A stretch of DNA of 60,766 nt, filler included, from Sphacelaria rigidula (taxonomy: Eukaryota): NCBI GenBank assembly GCA_964200075.2. It is 10 parts of 10 records of this genome, joined end to end, with 100 filler letters (N's around TTAATTAATTAA, not from the genome) between each part and the next. Parts side by side here need not be neighbours in the genome. Positions count along the whole stretch, not along the records: positions 48,695 to 54,680 come from CAXNAA020022996.1; positions 54,781 to 60,766 come from CAXNAA020022997.1; 8 more parts are not named here. The stretch is one strand, 5' to 3'. A program made the position numbers and the translations under genes. The notes under the pieces are model-generated. The model was not told the DNA's origin. It was given only the letters and a program-made list of their open reading frames with translations, and did no database searches. Below are positions 49,087 to 60,766 of this stretch, one piece after another (position 1 is the first letter of the stretch; each line of letters opens with the position of its first letter).

Positions 49087-50661
49087 GTATGGACACGTTG
49101 CAGCAGTAGGTGGAGGCTATGTACAATGGCGTGGGGCAGGATACACCCTCAGAGTGAAATTAGTGTGGTATGTCCACGGGATGATATTTTGTGTGTGTAT
49201 CCTGTAGGATCGTGTGCTAAGGGGGGATCTGTAGACTGTTCTTTGCCACAGAGCGAACGGCTTTTCTACAGATAAGAAACAAGACGAAATGGGATGGAGT
49301 TCGTTTGACGAGAAAACAGACTAGGTGGCGTTTGTACGATTGTGTTAAATAGTGGCCCCTCTATCTCTCATGATTGACTGGACTGATTGGTTGTCGCACT
49401 TTAAGTGACCACCCGTGGGTCGAGCCGTGGTCGCAAGATAGACGTGCCCCAAAAAAGAAAAACTGAAACAATCGTTCAAGAAAACGAAGGAGCAGAAAAA
49501 AAGTTGAACAGAACGACATGGTGGACTAAGACGTGAAAAAATAAAAATAAAAAGTAAGGAGGAAAAAAATCAACAAAAGCAGAGCAGAGAAAGAGATGGC
49601 CGACCTTGAAAAAAAAAAAGGGAAAAAAAATGGAAATAAATGCTCGAAGAAAGGAAAAAGCCCACGGAATTCGGGGCAGCAAAGTAGATACAGACACACA
49701 TCAGTGGGCACCGCAGAGTCACCGACTCAGGACATCATCAACAACCGATATGAGCAGACATGATACTGGTGAAAGGCATGGCAATGACGTATGCCGTTTG
49801 GAGGAGTTGCAGGTACTGGGGTAATTCACCAGACGCACGTGAGAGGCACGAGAGGAGGCAGAGGGAAGATGAAGTACCAACAGCAATGGTGATCCTCACG
49901 AAGTGATACTCCTGGTGTGTCCATCGTGTTTTTGCTGATTTTTGTTTCTTATTCACACATTTTCCAAGTTATGGAAGCACATGAGATCAACCCTTCATTT
50001 CACCACGAGAAACGACAATAGTGGGTTATGAAGCGACATCATCATGGACACAAAAAGACTACCATGAATGGTAACGAGGGCGGTAACCAAGATACCGAAA
50101 ATGAGGATGGATCACCGCGGCTTAAAAAAGTATTGCGAAAAATTGCCTTGAGCAAGAACGCGAACCCTCAAAATGTGGGAGTCATTAGCTGATTGGAACA
50201 ACCCGTCGATTGGATGTCACACATTTCAACCAGTTACAGTTATGAATTCAAGCTGGATAACTGGCGGCGAAGCCGCCGTGCGACTCCGTGAGCCTTGCCT
50301 GGTGAGGCAACGCGGCGAAGTCACGCTTGCGTTCCCCCACGACGTTTTGCCTGTCCAATTACAATAGTCCTCGGCGTGTGAGGGGGTCCCGCCGGAGGCG
50401 AGGAAACCCTGCAATTTGGCTTTACGTCTCTTCGAAACAGTGGTTGGAATTTATACCGTATACAAGGGGTCTTTGAGCAAGCGGTCGGTGCAAAAACGGC
50501 GAAAACTGTTTGAGAAATCGTAAAAAATGTCATTAATATCTTTCGTGACTTGATTTGACAAAAAATAAATGAGGGGAGAAAAAAAGCGCCGTATAAGAAG
50601 CCCCGTGCACGATTTGTTAACGTTTCGTTTATTTTCAGTCAGTTGATGCACCGCGACGATT

Positions 50662-50780
50662 CATTATTATTATTATTATTATTATTACTATTATTATTAT
50701 TATTACTATTATTATCATTATTATCATTATTATCATTATTATTATCATTATTACTATCATTATTACTATCATTATTACTA

Positions 50781-50824
<44 letters not shown>

Positions 50825-50900
50825 GTTATTTCCGTACATTAGTCCGATCTCTCGTACCCGTGGTCACAGACGTAGGCTTGTATTTCCAATACCGTCCCTG
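50662..50900 (-). mobile_element. (AAT)n-tailed retroposon 3' end
   Basis: Minus strand reads CTGTGACCACGG-GTACGAGAGATCGGAC-TAATGTAC followed by ~165 bp of AAT/GAT repeats. Confidence 0.7.
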
Positions 50901-52039
50901 CTATTCCTTACAAGACATTGAATCCTCCATATATATATTTTTGAGACTCCACCCTAAATGCAAGAATATGCGCAATCAACTATTATATTACCAAGATGAA
51001 AAAGAAGGATAGAGACGCCGAGAAAAACATGAGAAGTAGCTCCCCCGAGTTCAACGGGATGACAAGTAACAAGAAAAAAAAGTTTAGACCTGCTAAAAAA
51101 AGCACACCAACAGAAAAGGGGAACAATAGAAAATACGAGAGGAGACAAATGACACAAGGGGACTGGCATGGCTGCCGAGCGAGGGTCAACTCGAAAACAA
51201 CTCCAGGCACCAAACAACGAATCGATATTGAATCACATCGCAGATATCCCGCGACACAAACTCTGTCGCGTATGCATTCGTGCCACGTTCGCTACTGTAG
51301 GCACCACTAGACAAATCAACGCCCGCAGAACAGAACAAAACATATGCAGCGCGTACCGCCCAAGGTGCTTGGGACATGACGATACATCAGGAGCATCAAT
51401 TTGAGTATGACCATTGTGTACGAGGAATGCCGTAGAGTTGCTGCTGTTGTTGTTGTTGTTGTTGTGTTGTGTTGTGGGTGAGCATCAGCAGGGGGTACAG
51501 CAGAGCACAGTACTCAGCACAAGCTCAAGAACAGCAGCGGGAACATGATTCGTGCCTTCATCCCTAGGAACGAGTGCTTCGAAAAATGGACCGCGCACAT
51601 TTGCAACGGTGGGACGAATCAATTATTCGCTTGAAAGTTACTTAATTCTAGTGTGATTGGTTCGTAATGTACGAATCAATCCTTAGGCTTTGTTTTCAGC
51701 GTCGCCACCCAGGTACGCGCAGCCCAGAGACGTGGAATTGCGCAAAAATGGCGTGGAGACCTTTTTGAGCAGCGGTAAACTATTTTCTCCTTGTTGAGCA
51801 ATTAGGCCTGAAAAATCTCGGATTTCAGTGATTCGAACCGGCGATGATTCGTCCGAATTGTGCATATTTGCCATGAGGCCCGCGAGAGTGAAAGCACACG
51901 GGAAAACTTGGTATCATCACCAACCTCTTGATTGCTAGGGGTGGTCACCAGGGCCATTGAACGGACATTTTTTCAAGTAAAGGTAATCCTGATTCAGCAG
52001 ATGGGCCGCCTCTGGCTGTCAGAGACTTTGGAACACGTA

Positions 52040-52376
52040 ACGGGTTTCGCCCGTAGTCGGACCCTATATTCATTTCTACTTGGCCTCGCGCGTCGAGAAG
52101 GAAAGTCGGGTGCCACCCCCTGAAGTCCGAATGGCCACCTGCGGCACCGAATCTTCTGAGGTTAGCCATATTTAGTCTCTTTTTTCTTCATTATGTATTC
52201 CTGTTTTGCTTATATCGCGTCTTGTGAGTTTTAATCTAGGTCTTCTTTTCATTTTTTGATTTCCTTTTACCCTATTTTAGGTAGCTAGCCTGTGACCACG
52301 GAAGGCGTCCGCATCAGATGCCCAGTACGAATGTACCGCACAGATATCGGAACGGTTTTTAATGTGAAGACAACAA

Positions 52377-52417
<41 letters not shown>

Positions 52418-52455
52418 GCAGCAGCAACAACAGCAGCAACAAAACAACAACAACG
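52040..52455 (+). mobile_element. (CAA/CAG)n-tailed retroposon copy
   Basis: Homologous to 30437-30820. Confidence 0.8.
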
Positions 52456-52642
52456 ACATTGTAATCGGTTAGAACTAGCCATCAAACCTGGTATACTAGA
52501 TAGAAAAGTACTCGCAGAATTCGTCTTGACAATTCTGGTTATATATATATATATATATATACATGTGTGTGTGATGAAAATCGCAGTGGCATTGTTACCT
52601 TTGATCGATTAGTTGAGATCGACTTCACTCTGACATATTGTT

Positions 52643-52827
52643 ATGCGTGAGCGGACCGCGTGCTTTTTGGACCGCATAGGAGTTTAAACACCCCTATGGG
52701 TAGGGTCAGGGTTAGGGTCAGAGGTGCGGTTCCTGCAGGGACTGGTCGGAGTGGTCTTGAAAAACGTCGGTCCCGGGGTGTTTTGAACTCTGATGCGATC
52801 CAAAAAGCACGTGGTCTGCTCACGCAT
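52643..52827. mobile_element. MITE family D (TIR ATGCGTGAG(C/A)GGACCGCGTGCTT) with internal GGGT(T/C)AGGG repeats; ends also at 6089-6150 and 9330-9380
   Basis: TIRs of ~45 bp; the TSD is ambiguous (AT or TTA). Confidence 0.8.
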
Positions 52828-53839
52828 TACAATATTTCCCCCTCATGCCTTAGGACCGCCAGACCCGCCCAACCAGATACTCAGGCACGGCCTTTTCACA
52901 ACTACTGCTGAGTTCTCTTCACGTCTACTGGGTACGAAAAACGGGGGTTCATGAGAGGCTGCACATGATTCCCATATCACGGAATGATGACATGGTTTGG
53001 TATTTTCGTACATGAGATCCAACCCTAACTCGAATCCTATGGCGGACCGATCCGTACCGTCTATTCATGTCACCCCCTGCTGATCTTGCGCAATGTCTCA
53101 TGGCCGGATCGCCCAGCATTGTTGTTACCCGAAAAAAACGGGAAGGAACACGATTTCTTCACACCCAGGAACACGTTTTCTCACCTCCACCCGCATTTCG
53201 CTGGATCGCTCCTATCGTCACGGTGCCAGAATGCCTCTGCTGCCTAAAGTTATCTTATCCCTGGGTGAGCTAACCCATTGGAGTTGGTCATTTGACAGTC
53301 CCGCCCGCCGCTACTGAAATATCCGATATGCCTTATGGGATACTCGACAGCCTTTGCACGAGAATTGGGATACACAGCTTGGCGAGCAGTTGGATGAGGT
53401 GGGAGATCCTCCTCGGGTCTGGCTGCAAACGCTCGACCAACCCGGATGTGCATTTACGAGGTTAGGTCTTGAAACGTACAGTAGTACCCACTAACTCCGG
53501 CTATGTGACAACGTGGAGCTGAACCGCATGAATGCTGTACAGATTTTGAGTCATCGTAGGAATATTCCAAGGGCAGGTCGAGTGGAGTATTGTATACTCA
53601 ATTGCGGGGTATTTTGAACGACGTACTTGGGGTACTCAATTAGGGTAGAGTGTTGGGAGTCGTACCAGGGGGCAGAGAATAAAAAAAATCAGGACACGTA
53701 GGCCCCAAGATCGAAAATTCGAGTTTCTGAGGGGGGGGAGGGGGGGGAGGGGGGAGGGGGGTGACACCCAGTCGTGTGTCTCCTGGTTTTTTGCCGAAGC
53801 GTTGGCGGATGCGGTCAGCTGGCGTAGACCGTAGAGATT

Positions 53840-54150
53840 CTTATATATATTACATATCATGTATTATTTATCATATCATATATCATATATTATATTTCAT
53901 CTATTATATTCCATATACTATATTTCATACATTATATATAATAAAATATAGACCTATAAAATAGATTTATATTATTCAAAAGTTTCTTCTTCTTAATATA
54001 TATCATATTATATATTACAAACAAGATATTTACATATTTGATAATTATATATATAAATATTCAAGGGGCAGTACATACTATATTTGTTACATTATATATT
54101 AATATATATGCTATAGAATACATTTGATATTTATATTAGAATATACATGT
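53840..54150. repeat. Extremely AT-rich low-complexity island
   Basis: Degenerate (TA)/(TATCA) repeats. Confidence 0.85.
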
Positions 54151-55699
54151 AAAGGAGCAGAGGCAAACATACACCCCGCACGGCCCGCCAAGATTTTCTG
54201 ACTTTGTCAATGTTCATCGATCAATATCTTGCAACAAAGTTAACAGAAAACATGAAGAATAATAAGGATAATTTCAATTGTCGAAAAAATGCCCTCCGGC
54301 ATCTGAGGTCATCGGGACAGACTGGGCAAGGAGCAGAAGCAGATATACGAACCCCACGAAGCCCACCTGTTGAAGTATTATTCGTGAGCAGAGCAAGCCA
54401 CACCCCAAGGTACATGAGAATGTGACCCACTGGTCCTGTTTTCGACTCGTTAACTCAAGCAGAATTTTCGATTCTCATCGGCGTTTATTGATCAATTTCT
54501 TGTAAAAACATGAAAAGAACAAATCAAAACAGTGGTTATTGATCAATTCCTTGCGACAAACTTGACAAACAAAAAATCGAAAAAATCTTGACAATTTTCG
54601 AAAAAATGGCCTCCAGGAGAGGGTGTACTCATGATCGTGCATGCCATAGTCATCAGACCATTGACCTCGCATCCCTACAANNNNNNNNNNNNNNNNNNNN
54701 NNNNNNNNNNNNNNNNNNNNNNNNTTAATTAATTAANNNNNNNNNNNNNNNNNNNNNNNNNNNNNNNNNNNNNNNNNNNNGGAAACGCCCCTCGTCACAA
54801 AAGGGGAGTGTGGGCAATGGACAAATGACAAAAGAAAACAAAAAAAGGGCACCCCCCCCCCCCCCCCCCCTCCCATCCCATCCCCGTGCGCGTGTTGTGG
54901 CAGTGCGTGCGTGACGGAGCGCATACTGGATATCTTGCGCAATGACGGTCAGCAGTTCGTTGGGGCTGATCTGGAAACCATCCTGCAGACGGCGGCAAAC
55001 CAGGCTAACACGCACAGTCTGCTGGATGAGCGTCACCTTTTCCAGAGCGCTGCGTTGCCGCGATAATGCTAATTCATCATCTGTTGATTCCATTGCTTGC
55101 ACGTGCCGGATGAAGTGATTGAGTGAGAGGTCATGCCTTCCTGAGGTGTTCTTGCATGGAATACCGGCTGGCGCAGGCGCGTGGCCGAGGATGTACGTGA
55201 CATGAGCTAACGTCATTCTCTCGTCTTCTACCTTGCTCCTGGTTTCGGACTGCCAAGCTGTGGAAGCAGAGATTGCAGGGTGCGCTATGCGCGGTTTTAT
55301 AACTGGTTCAATTATGGTTTTATCGGACGTAGAACTGGAATCTTGGCATGAATTGGCGTCTGTAGGTCAATTCCTTGCAGTGGGTCTGCTGGTGTCATTA
55401 CTCGTGTATCCATCTTGTATTCCTACAGATGATGGTAGCAGGCGTTGAGTGTTGTATGTATAGCCCTACGAAGCCGCGGTAAATGTACGATGCCAAGTAA
55501 TAACAAGAAGAACGTGAACATGTGCTGATCTCACTGCATGCGGTAAGGGCCGTCGCGGGTATGACCTGCGAGAATTAATTGTGAGGTCCTCTCGACAATA
55601 AGAGTGGTTTCCACGACATTGTTATGCATCAGAGCCATTACTTGACGTGGAGTTGAACGGAGTGAGTTACGTCTTCAAGCTAAGCCCTGTAGTACGCAT

Positions 55700-58600
55700 C
55701 TTTCGTGCGATCTACTACTTGAGCGATCCCGGCGGCTGAACCCAAGCGAGCACAGTGGAGGGTGGCGGCGCCGGTGCTTGCGTTAGCGGGGTCGGTGTCG
55801 TACCTGCCGGGGTGAAATCTGAGTGCCGGCAAAAAGTGGAATAATTCTGATGACGATGTAGATATGCTTGAGGATATTTTGTGATGGTGAGTAGGTGAAA
55901 TATCGCGTATCGCAGGAGAAGCTCGAGAAGCTGACCGTGCTAATATGGAGGGTCTGCGCGAAGAGAGCATCGAAGCTACCACAATAGAAGACAAACAAAC
56001 GACAAGAGGAGGAAAAAAATGAGGAAAAGCGGGGATGAATGAGCACGGAGGCAGCGGTATGGCCGGTTTCCTTGGGGATGCACTTCGTGTCCAAGGATAT
56101 GAGATCGCAGTAAAAGCGGGTGCGGGGGAACAAGATCGCGAGAGTTCCGGTTCAGAGAAACGTGGGCTGCGGAGTGAGCTGGAACTGCGTTCGAGTGTTA
56201 CTGCTCCTTCGCAGGAGGGGTTATGGTATTCAGCGCGACACCATAGATTATCGGTCAACAGGGGTGCGAACAATGCATCATCAGCCTCGTGGGAAGAGAC
56301 GATGTGCGCCGCCGGAGTCTTGTTTGAAGTGAGGTGTGAGTCGTCGCCGGTATACGTGCAGAAGTACGTTAATGCACAAGAGGCGTCTCCGTCGATGGCG
56401 GTGTTGCACGAGTTCTGCCGGGGATACCCGGGGAGGCAAGAGGGAGCGCAGATCCTCATGGATGAAGATGAACGCGTCGGTAGTACATAGCTTCGCGAGG
56501 GGCAGGTGAAAGACCTTCGTCACACATATCCTGTTGCTTGAATTGAACAATCTGCAGATGACTCAAGGCTTCCAATTGCGGTTGCAGTGGGTGCAGTCGA
56601 CAGCGAATGGAGAGGCCTACGCAAATATGAGGTCGGAGCGCAGAGTTCGTGCAGCTCAGGCCAGAGATATTTGCGGATTTGCGGTGGGTGCTTGATGCCC
56701 TTGACACCGAAACGATGGCGACGAACGTGTCCGCACGAAAGACCACGAGCGGAAAAGCGGAAACGGGCAACCAGTTGCTGCTTTCGTCGCGCTGTATGCA
56801 TGCCCGGGTCCGGCAGCTGTGGATATGTTGAGAGCAGGATGTCACATTGAAACAGCGGTCTCTGGAGCAAGGATTTCGGTGCTATTCCCGTCAACGTGCT
56901 TGGTGAAGGTAGCTCGACAAGACATGATCGAGTGTAGAGCACAGGCGGTGGTGATGTCAAGAAAAAAAAAGGTAGGTGGTGTACGCAGTTGCGCGAGGCG
57001 GCAGCGAGGAAGAAGATGGTGGTAGTGGTAAAGAGCGACGGAGTGATTGTGGTAAATCCCCGAACACAAGGCATACTGCCGTTGTATAGCGCAGTGGCAC
57101 ATCATTGCAGTTGAAAGGGGGTTGTATGCCATGTGTTTCATCGCCGGTGCGGCTGTGTCCCAGGCCGTTGTTTGGGTGCTCGCAGAAGAGTACACGTGGG
57201 TGGTGGCGTTGCGGCTACTCGTCAGCCTTCAGAAGCGGCCGGGCACGTACTCGAATTTTTGCAATCCCCGCATGCCGGTGCGACCAGGTTACAGAATCGG
57301 GTGATGCACCTCCTTCACGTGGCAGGTGTCTAGGGTATACCTGTGGTACATACAGTTAAAGTGCGACAATCAATCAAACAATCATCAACAATTAAATACC
57401 GGTTTTGTCAGCAATTCGGAGTACCAGCGACCCTGTGAAACTGCCTCCGCGGCCCGAAGGGGAAAGCCTGTTGGATACTGGTGAGCTTTTGCTCAATGAG
57501 AGGCTAGTTGAGTCTTCCGCGAGGCACACAACTAAAGTTAGGAGGAGGCGCGAACGTACTGCAGCGAAAACGTGTTTAAGCTTTGTACGGCTCCGCTTTG
57601 GAGGCGCCGTAATAGGGCGGAGCCCTGCACCAGGGCAGGTTGTAGACTACTTGGCGTTCCGAAGCTCGTGCACGACAAGCGCTACCCGACGGCGGGCAGT
57701 ATCTGCACACGGAAGGGTGCACGGAACCAGGCTCGCGACGTGCAAAACGCTACGCGTTCACCGAGCTGAACGAGTGGAATTCATCCAAGCTGAGATATAG
57801 GTATCTGAAACATCTCGCTAACGGCGAGGAGTCATCGTCATCACAACGCGGAGGTAACCCGGTTCGAGGAGGGCCGGCCGCAGAAGAGTTGGCGCTGTCG
57901 AGCACGGGGCAGTTGCAGACAAAGCCTTTGCTCCGAGCAGGCGGTGCCCCTGTTGCGCCCCGATCTAGAGGCGATCATACAGAAGATTCAAATATTTTTA
58001 GTGTCGGAGAATAATCCGCGTGATTAGATTGCGCTGGTCAGAGGTACGGCACGATTTGCAGTGACGTTCCAGACAGTGGGACGCCGAAAGGGAATAAATC
58101 ACATACTGGCGAGCAGTGTACTTCCTGCGCTTGCCAAGAATGGATAATTGAGTGTTTATTTCTTGGTTATAACAACGCTGCGTGAAGGATCGAAGTACGC
58201 TTGTCATGTCGCGCCGACAGAAATATGCGGGACGCATGTGCGGAGGTGGTGCTAGAATAGTATGCACAAGTCATGCGATCTTGCGGCCGGAACGCGAGTT
58301 AGGGTTTCCGGTTCTTAGAGGTGAAGGTTGGTGGGAGGTTTAGCCGAGCCAAACGTCCCAGCGGGTTAGACGTCGAAGGCTATGGCGCGGCTCCAGAGGT
58401 AAGCGGATGGCGGAGTTGGGGGACAAGAATTGTACTCTATCAACTATTTCAGGCTGAAGGTGGCATGTGCAAGAACGATAGCGAGTCAAGATATCGCAAC
58501 GGGCATGGTCCGAGCAGAACAAAAATAAAGTCTATTATTTTAGCAGCTCGTAGGTACATAAGGAACACCGCGCCATCGGTAGGAGGAGGGGTCAAGGCGC

Positions 58601-59130
58601 TTGCTAGGGCGGAGGAGACGTATGCGGATATCGACGCGCTCGCAGTCAAACTGGGACCGGCCGAAATTGGTTTCGTTTGCGGCGCATGAGGTGGCGGTTT
58701 GACATGCCGGCGGGTAGTCTGATGAAAACGCACAAGCGTTGGCACGGCGACATTGATGGCTGATGCCAGATAAGTTTGGACGGGGACACTAGCGGTGGCG
58801 GGAGGCCTCATGAGGCCTCATGTCATCCCAATAATACTACTAATAGAATAGCAAGCCCAAAAGGGACTGTACCACCGAACCTCTACGCTGCGATGGTACC
58901 AGGCGTTTTGAATTTTGATTCCGAAAGCGAGTCGTCAGCCAGGGCACAGAGCTCCGAAGATATTCCCATGGCTACAAACCATCGTGCCCAACGCACTATG
59001 ATCCCTGTTAGAGAAGGCCTTGGAAGTACGAGGAACGGCAGGAAATTCTGGACATCCCGCACGCGCGAGCAAGGCAGACAAGCGGCGAGAGTAACAAGAG
59101 CTGAACCTTGCGTTCGCAAACGGTTCCCTT
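55700..59130 (+). pseudogene. Possible very degraded LTR-retrotransposon internal region (gag-to-integrase-like)
   Basis: Purine-rich broken coding-like sequence with a zinc-knuckle-like relic (CRCIAQWHII, ~57075) and weak integrase-like relics near 58000-58160. No clean motif. Confidence 0.25.
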
Positions 59131-59419
59131 GAGTCAGTTTATGAGCGAGACGGTCATTCCAAGCCGTCGAGGACACTTGCCGTCGCGGCAGGAGGCCTCA
59201 TTCCATCCCAACTACCAGCAGGTTCATGGATTCTACAAAAATGCGAAAAAAAATACCCCTCTCTCATCTATCTCTCTATACATCATTCGATGCCGAGAAC
59301 AGACGACGCTGAAATGAGAAGCGTCGGAATATTTTGCGTGCATAACGTTACGCGGTGTGCTCGCTGGAGTCAAGCAATGAGAAGGTCATTTTTTCGTTTC
59401 TTCTTCAATACTGGACAAT

Positions 59420-59725
59420 GCCGGTCGCCCCGGTGGCTCAGTTGGTAACCTCGTAACCTTCTGACGGCTGAGTGGTGGGGTTCGATTCCCGGANNNNNNN
59501 NNTCGTGGGTACACAAAATCCGACTTAACGGTCGACGAGGGAAATGGACTGCTGAAACCCTCTCGCGATAAAAAATAAAGGCAAGCACCGTAGAAGGAAG
59601 GTGGGGTACTAAGAACAAATAAAAAAGAAGCTCCTGTGTGGACCTTCCTCCTATGTGACCCCGGCTGATGCGCCCACATATACCGACAGGTGTAGACTGG
59701 CGCCCAGAATTAATGGGACGACAAC
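59420..59725 (+). mobile_element. tRNA-derived SINE, ~300-bp copy with no nested insertion (short N gap inside)
   Basis: A box TGGCTCAGTTGG and B box GGTTCGATTCC; body and tail shared with two other copies. Confidence 0.82.
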
Positions 59726-60766
59726 ACTGGACAGTAGTTACTAATACTTATACAAATACTAATACTAATACTACCCACATGAACTACCGTAGCTAAAACT
59801 TGGGGGGGGGGGAGAATGAAAGCCAGTTTTATTATCATCAACATTATCATCCACCACTGTCATTCACCATTATCATAATCCTATGTATCATTAGCGTAAT
59901 GCATCGCCGCTGTATACACGAATCAGTATATTTGCGTCCGCTTTTCCCATACTTTATCCATGTAAAAAATGATCATTTTCGGAACAGTATTTCACACTAG
60001 GCGCTTGGATGGAAGAGGAGAAAACTGTAACTCTTCTCTACCGTCCCGCAGAAGAGGCTGCTAGAACGCAGTGTGATGCGCGACGCAGTGTGATGCGCGC
60101 TCTCCGCCCTCGTCTATCCACCCAACTTCACTGTGTACCAATACCGTGGAATGTTGAGCTCTGCACTCTCTTGTGGATCTGTTAAGCTGTGCACTTTATG
60201 TAATATCCACCACCTCCGAACAAAAACATGCGCCCATGTAAATAAGACCGTCCATGACTTCATCTTGAGCAAATATTGTTGAACAAGTAAGGGTGGGCAT
60301 CATTCACCAACTCACGGATTGCCGAAAGAAAGAGCACTGTTATGGGTGCGCCTGACCCCCCAAAATAAGCCCAAAAAATGTCACCGACGAAAAGCACGAA
60401 CAGACACGAACAGACCGACTTCTGCGGCTTATCCAGGCTCGTGGAGTAACACGAGCCTTACGTCATCGGGAGAGAACGGCATGGATCCAAAATTTATATC
60501 GAAAAAAAGTGGACTGCCGTCTAAACCCACAACCCTACCGTTATTTCCGTTGTTCCTCATATATTCACGGTTAGGACAAATCAAGATTTATACGAGTCGA
60601 CTCGCCATGACGCGCAAGCAGCCATGCCCTATAAACCGTAGGTCCCACTGAGTCAAGGGTGGAAAACACATATGCACAGCAATCATCTTGCGCGCAGTAC
60701 AGCTGTGAGAAATTTACTCGTGGTTCAGGGCCCATCGGAAGTGAAGTGTCAACCTGTATACAACTT

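Noticed and set aside
52095..52175. HDV-like ribozyme
   Set aside because: No P3/L3 or P1.1 elements between the P2 and P1 strands.
54900..55216. Minus-strand ORF MTLAHVTYILGH..
   Set aside because: No recognisable family and no supporting splice or start context; left unannotated.
58716..58750. Second hammerhead (CTGATGA-A-AACGC-ACAA-GCGTT)
   Set aside because: The hairpin is followed by GGCA, not GAAA, and there is no stem I/III or cleavage triplet.
59420..59495. tRNA gene
   Set aside because: A and B boxes are present but there is no convincing acceptor stem or cloverleaf, and it continues into a shared repeat body, so it is a SINE head.

Overview
Repeat-rich eukaryotic nuclear DNA of roughly balanced GC with long GT-AG introns, probably from a brown alga or other stramenopile (inferred from sequence style only). 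The window is not one locus. It is ten unrelated scaffolds of 5988, 5987 (x4) and 5986 (x5) bp, sorted by length and joined by identical 100-bp spacers (N44-TTAATTAATTAA-N44), so adjacency across spacers has no biological meaning. It contains isolated host exons (a five-bladed beta-propeller glycosyl-hydrolase-like protein, an APC/CAT amino-acid permease and a possible dynein heavy chain N-terminus). It also contains an intron-bearing pogo-like DD36D transposase pseudogene, an intron-rich hAT transposase pseudogene, and degraded Gypsy and LINE remnants. Short repeats include a tRNA-derived SINE family, microsatellite-tailed retroposon 3' ends sharing a stem-loop motif, and at least five MITE families. 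The most notable signal is a type III hammerhead-ribozyme-like motif at 36791-36866 in a (TA)n-tailed segment, which may belong to a retrozyme or Penelope-like element. Most ORFs in the supplied track are spurious.
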